Positions 28,650 through 38,937 of a stretch of DNA of 64,000 nucleotides are shown in pieces. Below the pieces are notes generated by a model. The model was given only the letters and a program-made list of their open reading frames with translations. It was not told where the DNA came from and ran no database searches. Made by a program: the position numbers and the translations under genes. The stretch is from Limnochordales bacterium (lineage in GTDB: Bacteria; Bacillota; Limnochordia; Limnochordales; ZCTH02-B6). Location of the stretch: assembly GCA_036564115.1 (NCBI GenBank), contig DATCLD010000111.1, positions 5,733 through 69,732 on the forward strand. Reading direction: 5' to 3'. The first letter of the stretch is position 1; each line of letters opens with the position of its first letter.

Positions 28650-29521
28650 TAGGCCGTCCGCTCCGCGATGAGGCAGCGCCACTCGCCCCGGGCCCGCTCG
28701 TCCCGGATGGAGAAGCCCGCCCGTTCGAGGCTTGTCCGCACCAGAGGGCACGCGTCGTCGATAATCCCGCTGGCCACCAGCGCCCCGCCGGGACGCAGTA
28801 GGGCGTACAGGTCCCCGGCGATGTCGGAGATGACGTCAGCCAGGATGTTGGCCACCACCAGGTGAGCGTGGTTCTCAGCCACAAGGGCGCGCGCCGCGGC
28901 GGTGCTGCCGGTCGCCACCCATACCCGCTCGTGCACCCCGTTGCGGCGGCAGTTCTCCCGGGCCACCTGCACCGCCTGAGGATCGATGTCGACGGCCACC
29001 ACAGAGCCGGCGCCCAGGCGCGCCGCGGCGATGGCCAAAATGCCCGAGCCCGTGCCCACGTCCACGACGGTCTCGCCCGTCCGCACCAGCTCCTCCAGCG
29101 CCTCCAGGCACAGGGCCGTCGTGGGATGATAGCCCGTGCCAAACGCCATGCCCGGGTCGAGCTCGATGACGATCCGCGGCGAGGGCGGCGCCGCCACCCA
29201 CGCGGGCTTGACCAGCAGCCGGCGGCCGATCGCCAGGGGCTGGTAATGCCGCTTCCAGCTCTCGGCCCAATCCTCGTCCTGCACCCACTCGACCGACACC
29301 CGGGCGGGGCCCGGTTGGAGGCCGTAGCGCTGGAGCTCGAGAACCTGCTGCTCGATGTACACCGCCGAAACCGGCGAATGCTCAGGCAAATAGGCGATGA
29401 CGGCCCGCCGGTTCCCGTCGCCCTCAAGCACCACACCCTGGGCGCCGGCCGCCAAAAGGATCTGCGTGACCGCCTCTTCGCACTCGGCGCCGGTTAGTAC
29501 TGCGACCTTCATCCACCGCAC
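28649..29521 (-). CDS. prmA: Ribosomal protein L11 methyltransferase
   Basis: 290 aa. MRWMKVAVLTGAECEEAVTQILL..., W..HYQP, IELDPGMAFGTGYHPTT and the SAM motif VVDVGTGSGILAIAAA are present. Confidence 0.92.
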   Translation of the reverse strand: MRWMKVAVLTGAECEEAVTQILLAAGAQGVVLEGDGNRRAVIAYLPEHSPVSAVYIEQQVLELQRYGLQPGPARVSVEWVQDEDWAESWKRHYQPLAIGRRLLVKPAWVAAPPSPRIVIELDPGMAFGTGYHPTTALCLEALEELVRTGETVVDVGTGSGILAIAAARLGAGSVVAVDIDPQAVQVARENCRRNGVHERVWVATGSTAAARALVAENHAHLVVANILADVISDIAGDLYALLRPGGALVASGIIDDACPLVRTSLERAGFSIRDERARGEWRCLIAERTA

Positions 29522-29611
29522 CTTGCAGCCCTCCTGGCCCGCCGGCGCCGCCTGTGCGCCTTGCCGCTAGCGGAGAATGCGCAAGACCGGGGCGGGCTTG
29601 ACCGTTCCTTG

Positions 29612-30790
29612 CTATTGGCCGTTGCGCCCGCCGAGCGTGTCCCGCACGCGCTCGAAAAAATTCTTGCTGCCCGGCGGCGCTCCGCCGTTTTCCCGAGCAA
29701 ATTCCCTCAGCAGCTCTTTTTGTCTTGGCGTGAGGCGCCGGGGCACCTCAACCCGGACCCGGACGATTTGATCGCCGCGCCCGTAGCCGCCCATGCGGGG
29801 GATGCCCTGCCCCCGGATGCGAAACTCAGCGCCGGGCTGGGTGCCCTCGGGGATCTTTAGCTTATAGGTACCTTCCAGCGTCGGCACCTCGATCTCGTCC
29901 CCAAGGGCCGCCTGGACGAAACTGATGGGCACCTCGCAGATGACGTTGTCCCCGTCGCGAACGAAAATGGGATGCGGCCGCACCCGCACGTACAGGTAGA
30001 GGTCCCCCGGCGGCCCGCCGCGCAAGCCGGCTTCGCCCTCGCCTCGCAGAAGAATGCGATTGCCGCTGTCGACGCCTGCCGGGATCTTGACGCTGATGCG
30101 CCGGCGGCGCCGCACGTGGCAGGCGCCGCCGCACTCGCGGCAGGGGGTCGCCGCCCACTTGCCTTCGCCGCGGCAGCGGGGGCATGCCACAATATTGACG
30201 AACTGGCCGAAGGCGGTGGCGCGCACGTGGCGCACCTCACCCGTGCCCTTGCACTCCGGGCACGTCTGGATGGGCGTGCCCGGCTCGGCGCCGTTGCCAT
30301 GGCAGCGGGAGCACACCTCAATCCGATCCACTTCGATGGTCTTCTCGGCGCCAAACGCGGCCTCTTTGAACTCGACGTCGATCTCCATCTCGATGTCGCG
30401 GCCGCGCACCGGCCCGCGCGACCGCTGCCGCCGCCCGCCGGTGAACACATCGAAGAGATCGCCGAACAGGTCGCCGAAGGGGTCGAAACCGCCCGCGCCG
30501 AAAGGGCCAAAGTCCCCAAAGCCCCCAGGGCCGAAACCGCCGGGACCCGCGCCGTTGGGACCATCAAAGGCGGCGTGCCCGAAGCGATCGTATTGCTCCC
30601 GCGTCTTGGGATCGCTCAGGACACGGTACGCCTCGTTGATCTCCTTGAACTTTTCTTCGGCCTGGGGGTCGTCTTTGTTGACGTCGGGATGGTATTGCCG
30701 CGCGAGCTTCCGGTACGCCCGCTTAATCTCATCCTGCGTGGCGTCGCGGCTGACCCCCAGCACCTCATAGTAGTCCCGCTTGGTCGCCAA
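29612..30790 (-). CDS. dnaJ: Molecular chaperone DnaJ
   Basis: 392 aa. It has the J domain ([36 protein letters not shown]), a G/F region and four CxxCxGxG zinc motifs. Confidence 0.96.
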   Translation of the reverse strand: MATKRDYYEVLGVSRDATQDEIKRAYRKLARQYHPDVNKDDPQAEEKFKEINEAYRVLSDPKTREQYDRFGHAAFDGPNGAGPGGFGPGGFGDFGPFGAGGFDPFGDLFGDLFDVFTGGRRQRSRGPVRGRDIEMEIDVEFKEAAFGAEKTIEVDRIEVCSRCHGNGAEPGTPIQTCPECKGTGEVRHVRATAFGQFVNIVACPRCRGEGKWAATPCRECGGACHVRRRRRISVKIPAGVDSGNRILLRGEGEAGLRGGPPGDLYLYVRVRPHPIFVRDGDNVICEVPISFVQAALGDEIEVPTLEGTYKLKIPEGTQPGAEFRIRGQGIPRMGGYGRGDQIVRVRVEVPRRLTPRQKELLREFARENGGAPPGSKNFFERVRDTLGGRNGQ

Positions 30791-30843
30791 TCGCTACACC
30801 GCCCTCGAGCCCAAGGGCTCTGCACCGAAAGAGGGGCGGCGGG

Positions 30844-32709
30844 TCAAACGCCCCGCCGCTCCTCGTCGTTCTTCACGGTATATTCGCCTTCGACGGTAGT
30901 CCCACCCGACGCTCTTCCGTCTGCGCCCGGCGTCGCTCCGCCGAAACCGGTCTGCCCGGCCTGGTACCCGGTCTGGCTGGCGGCTTGGTAGGCCCGGGTC
31001 GTCACGTCGTGCAGCGCTTTGCTCAAGGCCTCCAGGCCGTCCTTGATGGCCTGGGCGTCGTTTCCGTTCACGACCGACTGCAGCCGCTGCTTGGCCTGCT
31101 CGATGTTGTTCCGCTCCTGCGCCGACACCTTGTCGCCCAGATCCTTGAGGGTGCGGTCGACAGCATAAATCAGGCTGTCGGCCTGGTTGCGCAGCTCCGC
31201 CAGCTCCTTGCGCTTGCGGTCCTCCTCGGCGTACTTCTCGGCTTCCGCCACCATTCGCTTGATATCCTCGGACGTGAGGCCGGTGGACGCGGTCAACGTC
31301 ACCTGCTGCGCCCGGCCGGTGGCCAGGTCCTTGGCCGACACTTTGACGATGCCGTTGACGTCGATGTCAAAGCTGACCTCGATCTGCGGAACGCCCCGGG
31401 GTGCCGGCGGAATGCCGTCCAGGCGGAACCGGCCCAAGGTCACGTTGTCCGCCGCCATCGGCCGCTCGCCCTGGAGCACGTGGATCTCCACCGACGTCTG
31501 GTTGTCGGCCGCCGTGGTGAAGACCTTCTTGGCCGACGTGGGAATTGTCGTGTTCCGCTCGATAAGCTTCGTGAAGACGCCGCCCAAGGTTTCGATGCCG
31601 AGCGAAAGGGGCGTCACGTCCAGCAGAACCAGGTCCTTCATTTCGCCGGCGAGCACGGCGGCCTGGATGGCCGCGCCGATGGCCACGCACTCATCGGGGT
31701 TGATCCCCTTGTGCGGCTCCTTGCCGATGAGCTTCTTGATCGCCTCTTGCACCGCCGGGATGCGGGTCGAGCCGCCGACGAGGATCACCTTGTCGATCTG
31801 GTGCGGCTCCAGCCCCGCGTCCTTCAGCGCCTGCCGCGTCGGACCCAGCGTCGCTTCCACCAAGTCCCGGGTCAACTCCTCGAACTTGGCCCGGGTAAGC
31901 GTCACGTCGATGTGCAGCGGCCCCTGCGGCCCCATCGCGATGAAGGGCAGGCTGATGTTGGTGGTGGTCACGCCCGACAGCTCGATCTTCGCCTTCTCGG
32001 CCGCCTCCTTGAGGCGCTGCATGGCCTGGCGGTCACGGGTCAGATCGATGCCGTGCTGCATCTTGAACTGTTCGACGAGCCAGCGGATGATGCGCTCATC
32101 GAAGTCGTCGCCGCCAAGGTGGTTGTTGCCGCTGGTGGCCTTGACCTCAAAGACCCCGTCGCCGATCTCAAGGATCGAGACGTCAAACGTACCGCCGCCC
32201 AGGTCAAAGACGAGGATGGTCTGGTTGCCTTCCTTGTCGAGGCCGTAGGCCAAGGACGCGGCCGTCGGCTCGTTGATGATGCGCAGCACTTCCAAGCCCG
32301 CGATGGTGCCTGCGTCCTTGGTAGCCTGGCGCTGAGCGTCGGTGAAATAGGCGGGTACGGTGATGACCGCCTTGGTGACGGGCTGGCCCAGGTAGTTTTC
32401 GGCCTCGGCCTTGAGCTTTTGCAGGATCATGGCCGAGATCTCCTGGGGCGTGTACTCCTTGTCGTCAATGCGCACCTTGTAGTTGGTGCCCATCTTGCGT
32501 TTGATGGATATCACGGTCCGTTCGGGATTGAGCACCGCCTGGCGCTTGGCGGCGTGCCCGACCAGACGCTCGCCATCTTTGGTGAAAGCCACGACCGACG
32601 GCGTGATGCGGCTGCCCTCGCTGTTGGGGATGACGACCGGCTCGCCGCCTTCCACGACCGCAACGACCGAGTTGGTTGTGCCCAAGTCGATGCCGATGAC
32701 CTTGCTCAT
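30844..32709 (-). CDS. dnaK: Molecular chaperone DnaK (Hsp70)
   Basis: Listed ORF 30844..32715. ATG 32709 ([18 protein letters not shown]) has GGGAGGAG 7 nt upstream. The Hsp70 signatures [10 protein letters not shown] and [14 protein letters not shown] are present. Confidence 0.97.
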   Translation of the reverse strand: MSKVIGIDLGTTNSVVAVVEGGEPVVIPNSEGSRITPSVVAFTKDGERLVGHAAKRQAVLNPERTVISIKRKMGTNYKVRIDDKEYTPQEISAMILQKLKAEAENYLGQPVTKAVITVPAYFTDAQRQATKDAGTIAGLEVLRIINEPTAASLAYGLDKEGNQTILVFDLGGGTFDVSILEIGDGVFEVKATSGNNHLGGDDFDERIIRWLVEQFKMQHGIDLTRDRQAMQRLKEAAEKAKIELSGVTTTNISLPFIAMGPQGPLHIDVTLTRAKFEELTRDLVEATLGPTRQALKDAGLEPHQIDKVILVGGSTRIPAVQEAIKKLIGKEPHKGINPDECVAIGAAIQAAVLAGEMKDLVLLDVTPLSLGIETLGGVFTKLIERNTTIPTSAKKVFTTAADNQTSVEIHVLQGERPMAADNVTLGRFRLDGIPPAPRGVPQIEVSFDIDVNGIVKVSAKDLATGRAQQVTLTASTGLTSEDIKRMVAEAEKYAEEDRKRKELAELRNQADSLIYAVDRTLKDLGDKVSAQERNNIEQAKQRLQSVVNGNDAQAIKDGLEALSKALHDVTTRAYQAASQTGYQAGQTGFGGATPGADGRASGGTTVEGEYTVKNDEERRGV

Positions 32710-32742
32710 CGCCAAACTCCTCCCGTCGCTTGAGGGCCGCGG

Positions 32743-33441
32743 TCAGCGCGCCACCGCGACCTTGACCAGACTGGGGCGCACTACCTTGTTGTGCAGCCGG
32801 TAGCCGCGCCGGTACTCCTCCACCACGTAGCCGGCGGGCGCCCCGTCGCCGGGCTCGGCTTCGGCCACGGCTTCCATTGTGTTGGGATCGAAAGGCTGGC
32901 CCACCGCCTCGATGGGCACGAGGCCGTGGCGCGCCAGCACGTCAGCCAACTGCTGCCGGATCAACCGGACACCTTGGCCCAGCGGGCTTGCGGCCTCCTC
33001 GCCGGCCGCGGCCAAGGCCTGATCCAGGCCGTCCATGACGGGCAGCACGTCCACGATCAGCCGCTCGGCCGCCGTCAACCGCAGGGCCTCCATCTCCTGC
33101 CGGGTGCGGCGCCGGTAATTGTCAAACTCTGCGAGCAGGCGGACGTACTGGTCCGCCAGTTCCCGCTCGCGCGCTTCCAGCTGCGCGATGCGGGCTTGCA
33201 ATTGGTCCAACTCCGGACTCGTAGGCCCGGCCGCCTCCTGGGGGCGCTCCGCCCCGTCTTGGGCCGGGGCGGTCTCCCCGTCGGGCCGCGGCGACGCCTC
33301 TTGCTGCACAGCCGCCTCGGCACCGGCCGCCGCTGCGACCGCCTGTTCGGCTGCCGGCGCCTCCGTCTCCGCGGCCGCCCCATCTGCCGGCGCTTCGGGC
33401 TGGATCGGCTTGGTAGTCGGATCGTCCTTCTTGCGCGGCAA
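32743..33441 (-). CDS. grpE: Nucleotide exchange factor GrpE
   Basis: Listed ORF 32743..33501. I prefer TTG 33441, with GGGGAG 9 nt upstream. The acidic/Ala-rich N-terminus is followed by [22 protein letters not shown] and a C-terminal beta domain ([16 protein letters not shown]). Confidence 0.9.
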   Translation of the reverse strand: MPRKKDDPTTKPIQPEAPADGAAAETEAPAAEQAVAAAAGAEAAVQQEASPRPDGETAPAQDGAERPQEAAGPTSPELDQLQARIAQLEARERELADQYVRLLAEFDNYRRRTRQEMEALRLTAAERLIVDVLPVMDGLDQALAAAGEEAASPLGQGVRLIRQQLADVLARHGLVPIEAVGQPFDPNTMEAVAEAEPGDGAPAGYVVEEYRRGYRLHNKVVRPSLVKVAVAR

Positions 33442-33504
33442 CGGCGTCGACTCCCCTGAACAAAGAAAAGTCCCTCGCGGCGGACACGCCTCAAGGGCCA
33501 CCTT

Positions 33505-33534
33505 ATTATAGCGGACGCGGCACGGCCATGTCCA
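33505..33534 (-). promoter_or_regulatory. Candidate internal promoter between hrcA and grpE (TGGACA-18-TATAAT)
   Basis: The reverse strand reads TGGACAtggccgtgccgcgtccgcTATAAT. The -10 is at 33510..33505 and the -35 at 33534..33529. No CIRCE is associated with it. Confidence 0.45.
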
Positions 33535-33553
33535 CGCCGGACCTACCGGCGCT

Positions 33554-34588
33554 TCAATGGCCGCGCACGAGACCCATCAGCGCTTCGCTCAGGTGATCGG
33601 CCACGTACTGGACAAGCCCGACGGCCTTGGAGTAATCCATGCGGGTCGGCCCCAGCACGCCGATGGCGCCGATCACCTCGCCGCCCAGCCGGTAGGTGGC
33701 CGAGACGACGCTGCACTCCCGCAGCGCGGGCACCGGGTTTTCCTGGCCGATGATGACCGTCGTGCCGCTGTGCCGGGAGGCGTAGTTCAGCACCTGCGTG
33801 AGTATGTCCCGGGCCTCCAGCAGCGCTAGCAGGGACCGGGCCCGCTCGATGTCCCGGAACTCCGGCTGGCTGAGGATATTCAGCGTGCCCTCCAGATAGA
33901 CCTTATCCGAATCACGCTCACCCAGGCCGCTGGTGAGCAGATCCGCCACGGCGTCGTACAGCTCCGGGTGCCCCACCTCCTCCTTGATGCCAGAGAGGAG
34001 GTCGCGCCCGATGTCGCCGTAGCGCACGCCCAGGAGCCGCCGGTTGAGCCTGTCGGCGATGGCGTCGCACTGGTCCTGGGTCACCGGCCGCCGCACCTCA
34101 ACGATGCGGTGCTGCACGAAGCCGGGATCCGCCACCACGATGGCCACGACCCGCGTTTCATCCAGCGGAACGAGGTCCAGGCGCCGGAAGATGCTGGCCT
34201 CAAGCCGCGGCGCCGCAACCACCGACGCGTACTGGGTGTGCCGGGCCAAAAGCCGCGCCGCCTCGTGGATCATTTCCTCCATCGCGCGGCGCACGGCGAG
34301 CACTTCCCGGTAAACAGCGGAGCGCTCGGCCGGACCAGGTTCCCAGCGTGCCATCAGCTCGTCGACGTAGTACCGGTAGCCCTTGTCCGACGGAATGCGC
34401 CCCGCGGACGTGTGCGGCTGGTGCAGGTAGCCTTCCTCTTCCAGGTCGGCCATCTCGTTGCGGATGGTCGCCGGGCTGACCCCCAGGTTGTACTTGCGGG
34501 CCAGGTTACGGGACCCGACGGGTTCCGCCGTCTGGATGTAATCGTCGGTCAAAGCCTGCAGTACCCGTCGCTTGCGTTCGTCCAGCAC
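33554..34588 (-). CDS. hrcA: Heat-inducible transcription repressor HrcA
   Basis: Listed ORF 33554..34684. The start is GTG 34588, with AAGGAGGTG 6 nt upstream. VLDERKRRVLQALTDDYIQTAEPVGSRNLARKYNLGVSPATIRNEMADLEEEGYLHQPHTSAGRIPSDKGYRYYVD is the canonical HrcA N-terminus. Confidence 0.93.
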   Translation of the reverse strand: MLDERKRRVLQALTDDYIQTAEPVGSRNLARKYNLGVSPATIRNEMADLEEEGYLHQPHTSAGRIPSDKGYRYYVDELMARWEPGPAERSAVYREVLAVRRAMEEMIHEAARLLARHTQYASVVAAPRLEASIFRRLDLVPLDETRVVAIVVADPGFVQHRIVEVRRPVTQDQCDAIADRLNRRLLGVRYGDIGRDLLSGIKEEVGHPELYDAVADLLTSGLGERDSDKVYLEGTLNILSQPEFRDIERARSLLALLEARDILTQVLNYASRHSGTTVIIGQENPVPALRECSVVSATYRLGGEVIGAIGVLGPTRMDYSKAVGLVQYVADHLSEALMGLVRGH

Positions 34589-34608
34589 GCGCTCCACCTC
34601 CTTCCCCT

Positions 34609-34635
34609 TTAGCACTCCTCGCCGGAGAGTGCTAA
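34609..34635 (-). promoter_or_regulatory. CIRCE operator (HrcA binding site)
   Basis: TTAGCACTC-ctcgccgga-GAGTGCTAA is a perfect 9-N9-9 match to the CIRCE consensus. It lies between the promoter and the hrcA RBS. Confidence 0.95.
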
Positions 34636-34647
34636 CTCCTCGTTTCC

Positions 34648-34677
34648 AACATAGCACCGGCCGAAAAGTGTTGTCAA
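34648..34677 (-). promoter_or_regulatory. Sigma-A type promoter of the hrcA-grpE-dnaK-dnaJ operon
   Basis: The reverse strand reads TTGACAacacttttcggccggtgcTATGTT. The -35 is at 34677..34672 and the -10 at 34653..34648, with an 18-nt spacer. It sits immediately upstream of CIRCE. Confidence 0.7.
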
Positions 34678-34725
34678 TCTTCACGGGACGCCCATTGACA
34701 CGCTCCCCGGCGCCCGGGTAGGCTG

Positions 34726-35844
34726 TTGCCGATGGACTTGTACACCCTGGCGCGCCCCATCCTTTGGACGGTGGATCCCGAGCGGGCCCACCGTCTCGCC
34801 GTCGCTCTGCTCGCCCATGCGAGCCGCCACCCGCGGCTTTTGTCAGCCTTGCGCGGGCGCTTTGCGCCGGCCCCGCACCGGCTGGCGGTGCAAGCGATGG
34901 GACTGCGGTTCCCCAACTGCGTTGGGCTCGCGGCCGGCCTGGACAAAGACGCGGAAGCTGCGCCCGCCCTGGCGGCCCTCGGCTTTGGCTTTGTGGAAGT
35001 AGGCACGGTCACGCCGCGCCCGCAGCTCGGCAACCCGCCGGTGCGCCTCTGGCGCCTGCCGGCCCACCGGGCCTTGATCAACTGCATGGGCTTCAACAAC
35101 CAAGGCGCGCCTGCCCTGGCCGCCCGGCTCGGTGAGGCGCGGGCCTTGGTGCCCGTACCCATCGGCGTCAACATTGGCAAAAACCGGGATACGCCCGCCG
35201 AGGCGGCTACCGAGGACTACGTGCGCTGCCTTGAAATTGTCTATCCGGTGGCCGATTTTGTGGTCATCAACGTCAGCTCCCCCAACACCCCCGGCCTGCG
35301 GGGACTGCAAGAAGCACCGCTCTTGGACGAGCTTTTGGCCGCGGTCAACGCCGCCCGCGCCCGGCTCGCCGCGGGGACCGCGGGAACCGAGCGCCCGCTT
35401 CTGGTCAAGGTCGCGCCAGACCTCACCGCCCAGCAGTTGGACGAGGTGCTGGACGTGTGCCTGCGGCGCCAGGTGAGCGGCATCATCGCCACCAACACGA
35501 CGGTCACCCGCCCGGGTGTGCGCGGTCCTGGCGTTGAGCGGCCGGGCGGCTTGAGCGGAGCGCCCCTGTTTGAACTCTCCAACCGCGTCGTGGCCGCCAT
35601 CTACCGGCGCACCCGGGGACAGCTGCCAATCATCGGCGTCGGTGGTATCATGTCCGCTCAAGACGCGTACGCCAAGATCAAGGCGGGCGCTTCCCTCGTC
35701 CAGGTGTACACCGGTTTCGTCTACGGCGGACCTGGGTTTGTGCGAAACGTCTTGGAAGGATTGGACCGGCGCCTGGAGCGCGACGGCTTTGGGCGCGTCG
35801 AGCAGGCCGTCGGCGTCGAAGCCGACCGCTGGCCGGATCCTTAG
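34726..35844 (+). CDS. pyrD: Dihydroorotate dehydrogenase, class 2 (quinone-dependent, membrane-associated type)
   Basis: 372 aa. The class-2 style N-terminal extension is MPMDLYTLARPILWTVDPERAHRLAV. It contains GLRFPNCVGLAAGLDKDAEA, GFGFVEVGTVTPRPQLGNP, NCMGFNN, INVSSPNTPGLR, IATNTT, GLSGAPL and GVGGI. Confidence 0.88.
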   Translation: MPMDLYTLARPILWTVDPERAHRLAVALLAHASRHPRLLSALRGRFAPAPHRLAVQAMGLRFPNCVGLAAGLDKDAEAAPALAALGFGFVEVGTVTPRPQLGNPPVRLWRLPAHRALINCMGFNNQGAPALAARLGEARALVPVPIGVNIGKNRDTPAEAATEDYVRCLEIVYPVADFVVINVSSPNTPGLRGLQEAPLLDELLAAVNAARARLAAGTAGTERPLLVKVAPDLTAQQLDEVLDVCLRRQVSGIIATNTTVTRPGVRGPGVERPGGLSGAPLFELSNRVVAAIYRRTRGQLPIIGVGGIMSAQDAYAKIKAGASLVQVYTGFVYGGPGFVRNVLEGLDRRLERDGFGRVEQAVGVEADRWPDP

Positions 35845-35902
35845 ACAAATCGGTAGACCAAAGGGAAAGTCCGGCGCAGGGCCGCCACCGGAACCGGCCC
35901 GG

Positions 35903-37045
35903 TCACATCCGCTCCCGCAGGAACGCCTGGAACGCCTGGTTGGCCACGGGCAAGCCCTTTTCGGTCAAGCGCAAGCGCGATCCGCGCCATTCCACCAGGC
36001 CCAGCTCCAGCAAGCGCGCGATCTCCCGCCCAAAGACCTCACCCAAAGGCCTGCCAAACCGGCGGGCGAACGCGTCGGCATCCACCCCGTCCCGCAGCCG
36101 CAGGCCCAAGATGACCGTGTCCTCTTCCGCGGTGGCTTGATCGACCGTTTCCCGCCATGCGACGGGCAGCTGGCCGCGGCTCAGGCGCTCCGCGTAGACG
36201 TGCGGCAGGCGCTCGTTGGCGAAACGCTCGCCCCGCCACTGGGAGTGGGCACCGGGCCCGAGCCCCAGCCACTCCCCGTTGAGCCAGTAGATGCGGTTGT
36301 GCTGCGAGGCGCATCCTGGCCGCGCCCAGTTGGAAATCTCGTAGTGCTCGTAGCCGGCCTCGCCCAGGGCGTCGATGGCGTACTGGAACATGGCCAGTTC
36401 CGCCTCCTCGCCGGGCAGCGGCAGGGCGTTTTGCGCGTGCAGCTCGCCGAACAGCGTGCCTTCCTCGATGATGAGGCTGTAGCAGGAGACGTGCTCCGGT
36501 CCCCAGGCGATGATTTCCTTGAGGGTGCGCTGCCAGTCGGCCAGGTCCTGGCCCGGGAGGCCAAACATGAGGTCTACATTGATATTGGTGAAACCCGCGC
36601 GGCGCGCCCTGCGGTAGCAGTCGGCCGCGTGGCGGGCGGTGTGAATGCGCCCAAGGCGTGCCAGCAGCTCGTCGTTCAAACTCTGAACGCCCAGGCTGAT
36701 GCGGTTCACGCCGCCCGCCCGCAGGGCGGCAAGACGGGCGTCGGTCAGCGTGCCCGGGTTGGCTTCCACCGTCATCTCCGCGCCGGGCCGGACCCGCAGC
36801 GGCGCGAGGGCCGCGAACAGGCGCTCCAGCTGTGCCGGGCCCAGCGCCGTCGGCGTGCCCCCGCCGATGTAGAGGGTGTCAAACTCCACCCCCGCCACGT
36901 CGTCCCGAGCGGCATAGAGGGCGGCCTCCTGCGCGAGCGCGTCGAGGTACTGCTCGACGCCGCCTTCGCGCAGCAGGTACGTGTTGAAGTCGCAGTAGTG
37001 GCACCGCCTTTCGCAGAAGGGAACGTGGACGTACAAGCCCCGCAT
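35903..37045 (-). CDS. hemW: Radical SAM heme chaperone HemW (HemN-like, oxygen-independent coproporphyrinogen oxidase family)
   Basis: Listed ORF 35903..37180. ATG 37045 lies 2 nt after the lepA stop. MRGLYVHVPFCERRCHYCDFN carries the CxxxCxxC radical SAM motif, followed by LYIGGGTP. It occupies the same position as B. subtilis hemN/yqeR. Confidence 0.9.
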   Translation of the reverse strand: MRGLYVHVPFCERRCHYCDFNTYLLREGGVEQYLDALAQEAALYAARDDVAGVEFDTLYIGGGTPTALGPAQLERLFAALAPLRVRPGAEMTVEANPGTLTDARLAALRAGGVNRISLGVQSLNDELLARLGRIHTARHAADCYRRARRAGFTNINVDLMFGLPGQDLADWQRTLKEIIAWGPEHVSCYSLIIEEGTLFGELHAQNALPLPGEEAELAMFQYAIDALGEAGYEHYEISNWARPGCASQHNRIYWLNGEWLGLGPGAHSQWRGERFANERLPHVYAERLSRGQLPVAWRETVDQATAEEDTVILGLRLRDGVDADAFARRFGRPLGEVFGREIARLLELGLVEWRGSRLRLTEKGLPVANQAFQAFLRERM

Positions 37046-37047
37046 GC

Positions 37048-38844
37048 CTAATCGATCCGCAGCACGGCCATGAAGGCCTCCTGCGGCACCTCCACCCGGC
37101 CCAGCTGCTTCATGCGCTTCTTGCCTTCCTTTTGCTTCTCCAGCAGCTTGCGCTTGCGGGTGACGTCGCCGCCGTAGCATTTGGCCAAGACGTCCTTGCG
37201 CAGGGCCTTGACGGTTTCCCGGGCGATGACCTTGCGGCCGATGGCGGCTTGAATGGGCACTTCAAACAGCTGGCGCGGGATGACTTCCTTGAGCTTTTCC
37301 ACCAGTTGCCGCCCGCGGGCGTACGCCTTGTCCCGGTGCACAATGCAGGAAAGCGCGTCCACGGGTTCGCCGAGGAGCAGGATGTCCATTTTGACCAGAT
37401 CGCTTTCGCGGTAGCCGATCAGTTCGTAGTCCAACGAGGCGTAGCCCCGGCTGCGGGTCTTGAGCCGGTCAAAGAAGTCCAGCAGGATCTCGCTCAAGGG
37501 CAGCTCGTAGATGAGCTGCACCCGCTCGGGCGTCGTGTACTCCATGTTGATGAAGGTGCCGCGCCGCTCCTGGCACAACTCCATGAGCGGGCCGACATAC
37601 TCGGCGGGCGTCATGATGGTCGCCCGCACGTAGGGCTCTTCCACGTGCTCAATGAACTGGGGCTCCGGGAACTTGGCCGGGTTGTCCACCTCCACCACAT
37701 CGCCGTTGGTCAAGACGACACGGTACACGACGCTGGGGGCGGTGGTGATCAGGTTGAGCCCGAATTCCCGCTCGAGCCGCTCCTGGACGATCTCCATGTG
37801 CAACAGGCCCAAGAAACCGCAGCGGAAACCGAAGCCCAGCGCGTTGGACGTCTCCCCTTCAAACGCGAGGGCCGCGTCGTTGAGCTGCAGCTTCTCCAGG
37901 GCATCCCGCAGGTCGGCGAAGTCCTCGTTTTCCACCGGGTAGAGCCCGCAAAACACCATCGGCTTGACGGGACGGTACCCGGGCAGCGGCTCCGCAGCCG
38001 GCCGGTCGGCGTCGGTGATGGTGTCGCCGATGCGCGTGTCCCGCACATTGCGGATGGTGGCCGTAATGCAACCGACCTCGCCCGCGGACAACTGCTGCAC
38101 CGCCCGCATCTCGGGCAGGAAGACGCCCACTTCGTCCACTTCAAACGTCTTGCCCGTACTCATCATCTTGATGCGCATGCCGGGCCGCACGGTGCCGTCG
38201 ACGATGCGCACGTAGGCGACGACCCCGCGGTAGGCGTCGAAATGGGAGTCGAAGATGAGCGCCCGCAAGGGCGCCTCCGGGTCGCCCTTGGGCGGCGGGA
38301 TGCGCTGGATGATGGCTTCCAAGATCTCATCGACGCCTTGGCCCGTCTTGGCGCTGGCCAGGATGGCGGTGGACGGGTCAAGCCCGATGGCGTCCCGGAT
38401 TTCCCGCAGCACCCGCTCTGGCTCGGCGTTGGGCAGGTCGATCTTGTTGACCACCGGGATAATCTCGAGGTCGTGCTCCAGGGCGAGGTAGCAGTTGGCC
38501 AGCGTTTGGGCTTCCACGCCCTGGGTGGCGTCCACGACGAGGAGCGCCCCCTCGCAGGCCGCCAGGCTGCGGGACACCTCGTAGGAAAAGTCCACATGCC
38601 CCGGCGTATCGATCAGGTTGAGGATGTACTCCTCCCCGTCCCGGGCCCGGTACGTCAGGCGGACGGCCGTCAGCTTGATGGTAATGCCCCGCTCCCGCTC
38701 CAGATCCATGGAATCTAGGATCTGTTCCTTCATCTCCCGCTGGGACAAGGCGCCGGTCCGCTCCAGCAGCCGGTCCGCCAAGGTCGATTTGCCGTGATCG
38801 ATGTGGGCGATGATGCAGAAGTTGCGTATCCGCCGCTGATGCAT
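37048..38844 (-). CDS. lepA: Translation elongation factor 4 (LepA)
   Basis: Listed ORF 37048..38952. The start is ATG 38844: [42 protein letters not shown] and NKIDL are present, plus the LepA C-terminal domain. Confidence 0.95.
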   Translation of the reverse strand: MHQRRIRNFCIIAHIDHGKSTLADRLLERTGALSQREMKEQILDSMDLERERGITIKLTAVRLTYRARDGEEYILNLIDTPGHVDFSYEVSRSLAACEGALLVVDATQGVEAQTLANCYLALEHDLEIIPVVNKIDLPNAEPERVLREIRDAIGLDPSTAILASAKTGQGVDEILEAIIQRIPPPKGDPEAPLRALIFDSHFDAYRGVVAYVRIVDGTVRPGMRIKMMSTGKTFEVDEVGVFLPEMRAVQQLSAGEVGCITATIRNVRDTRIGDTITDADRPAAEPLPGYRPVKPMVFCGLYPVENEDFADLRDALEKLQLNDAALAFEGETSNALGFGFRCGFLGLLHMEIVQERLEREFGLNLITTAPSVVYRVVLTNGDVVEVDNPAKFPEPQFIEHVEEPYVRATIMTPAEYVGPLMELCQERRGTFINMEYTTPERVQLIYELPLSEILLDFFDRLKTRSRGYASLDYELIGYRESDLVKMDILLLGEPVDALSCIVHRDKAYARGRQLVEKLKEVIPRQLFEVPIQAAIGRKVIARETVKALRKDVLAKCYGGDVTRKRKLLEKQKEGKKRMKQLGRVEVPQEAFMAVLRID

Positions 38845-38850
38845 GGCCCC

Positions 38851-38859
38851 ATTATAGCA
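38851..38859 (-). promoter_or_regulatory. Extended -10 promoter (TGcTATAAT) placed 6 nt upstream of the lepA ATG
   Basis: The reverse strand reads tttTGcTATAATggggccATG. There is no convincing SD. The geometry puts the transcription start at or next to the A of the ATG. Confidence 0.5.
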
Positions 38860-38937
38860 AAAATACCGTGGAGCAGACCAGGACACCCACGCCGCCGGAG
38901 CGAAGCTGTCGTCTTTGGTTGCTTTGGAGGAAAGCCC

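Noticed and set aside
30985-32733. 582-aa plus-strand ORF
   Set aside because: It is the antisense shadow of dnaK.
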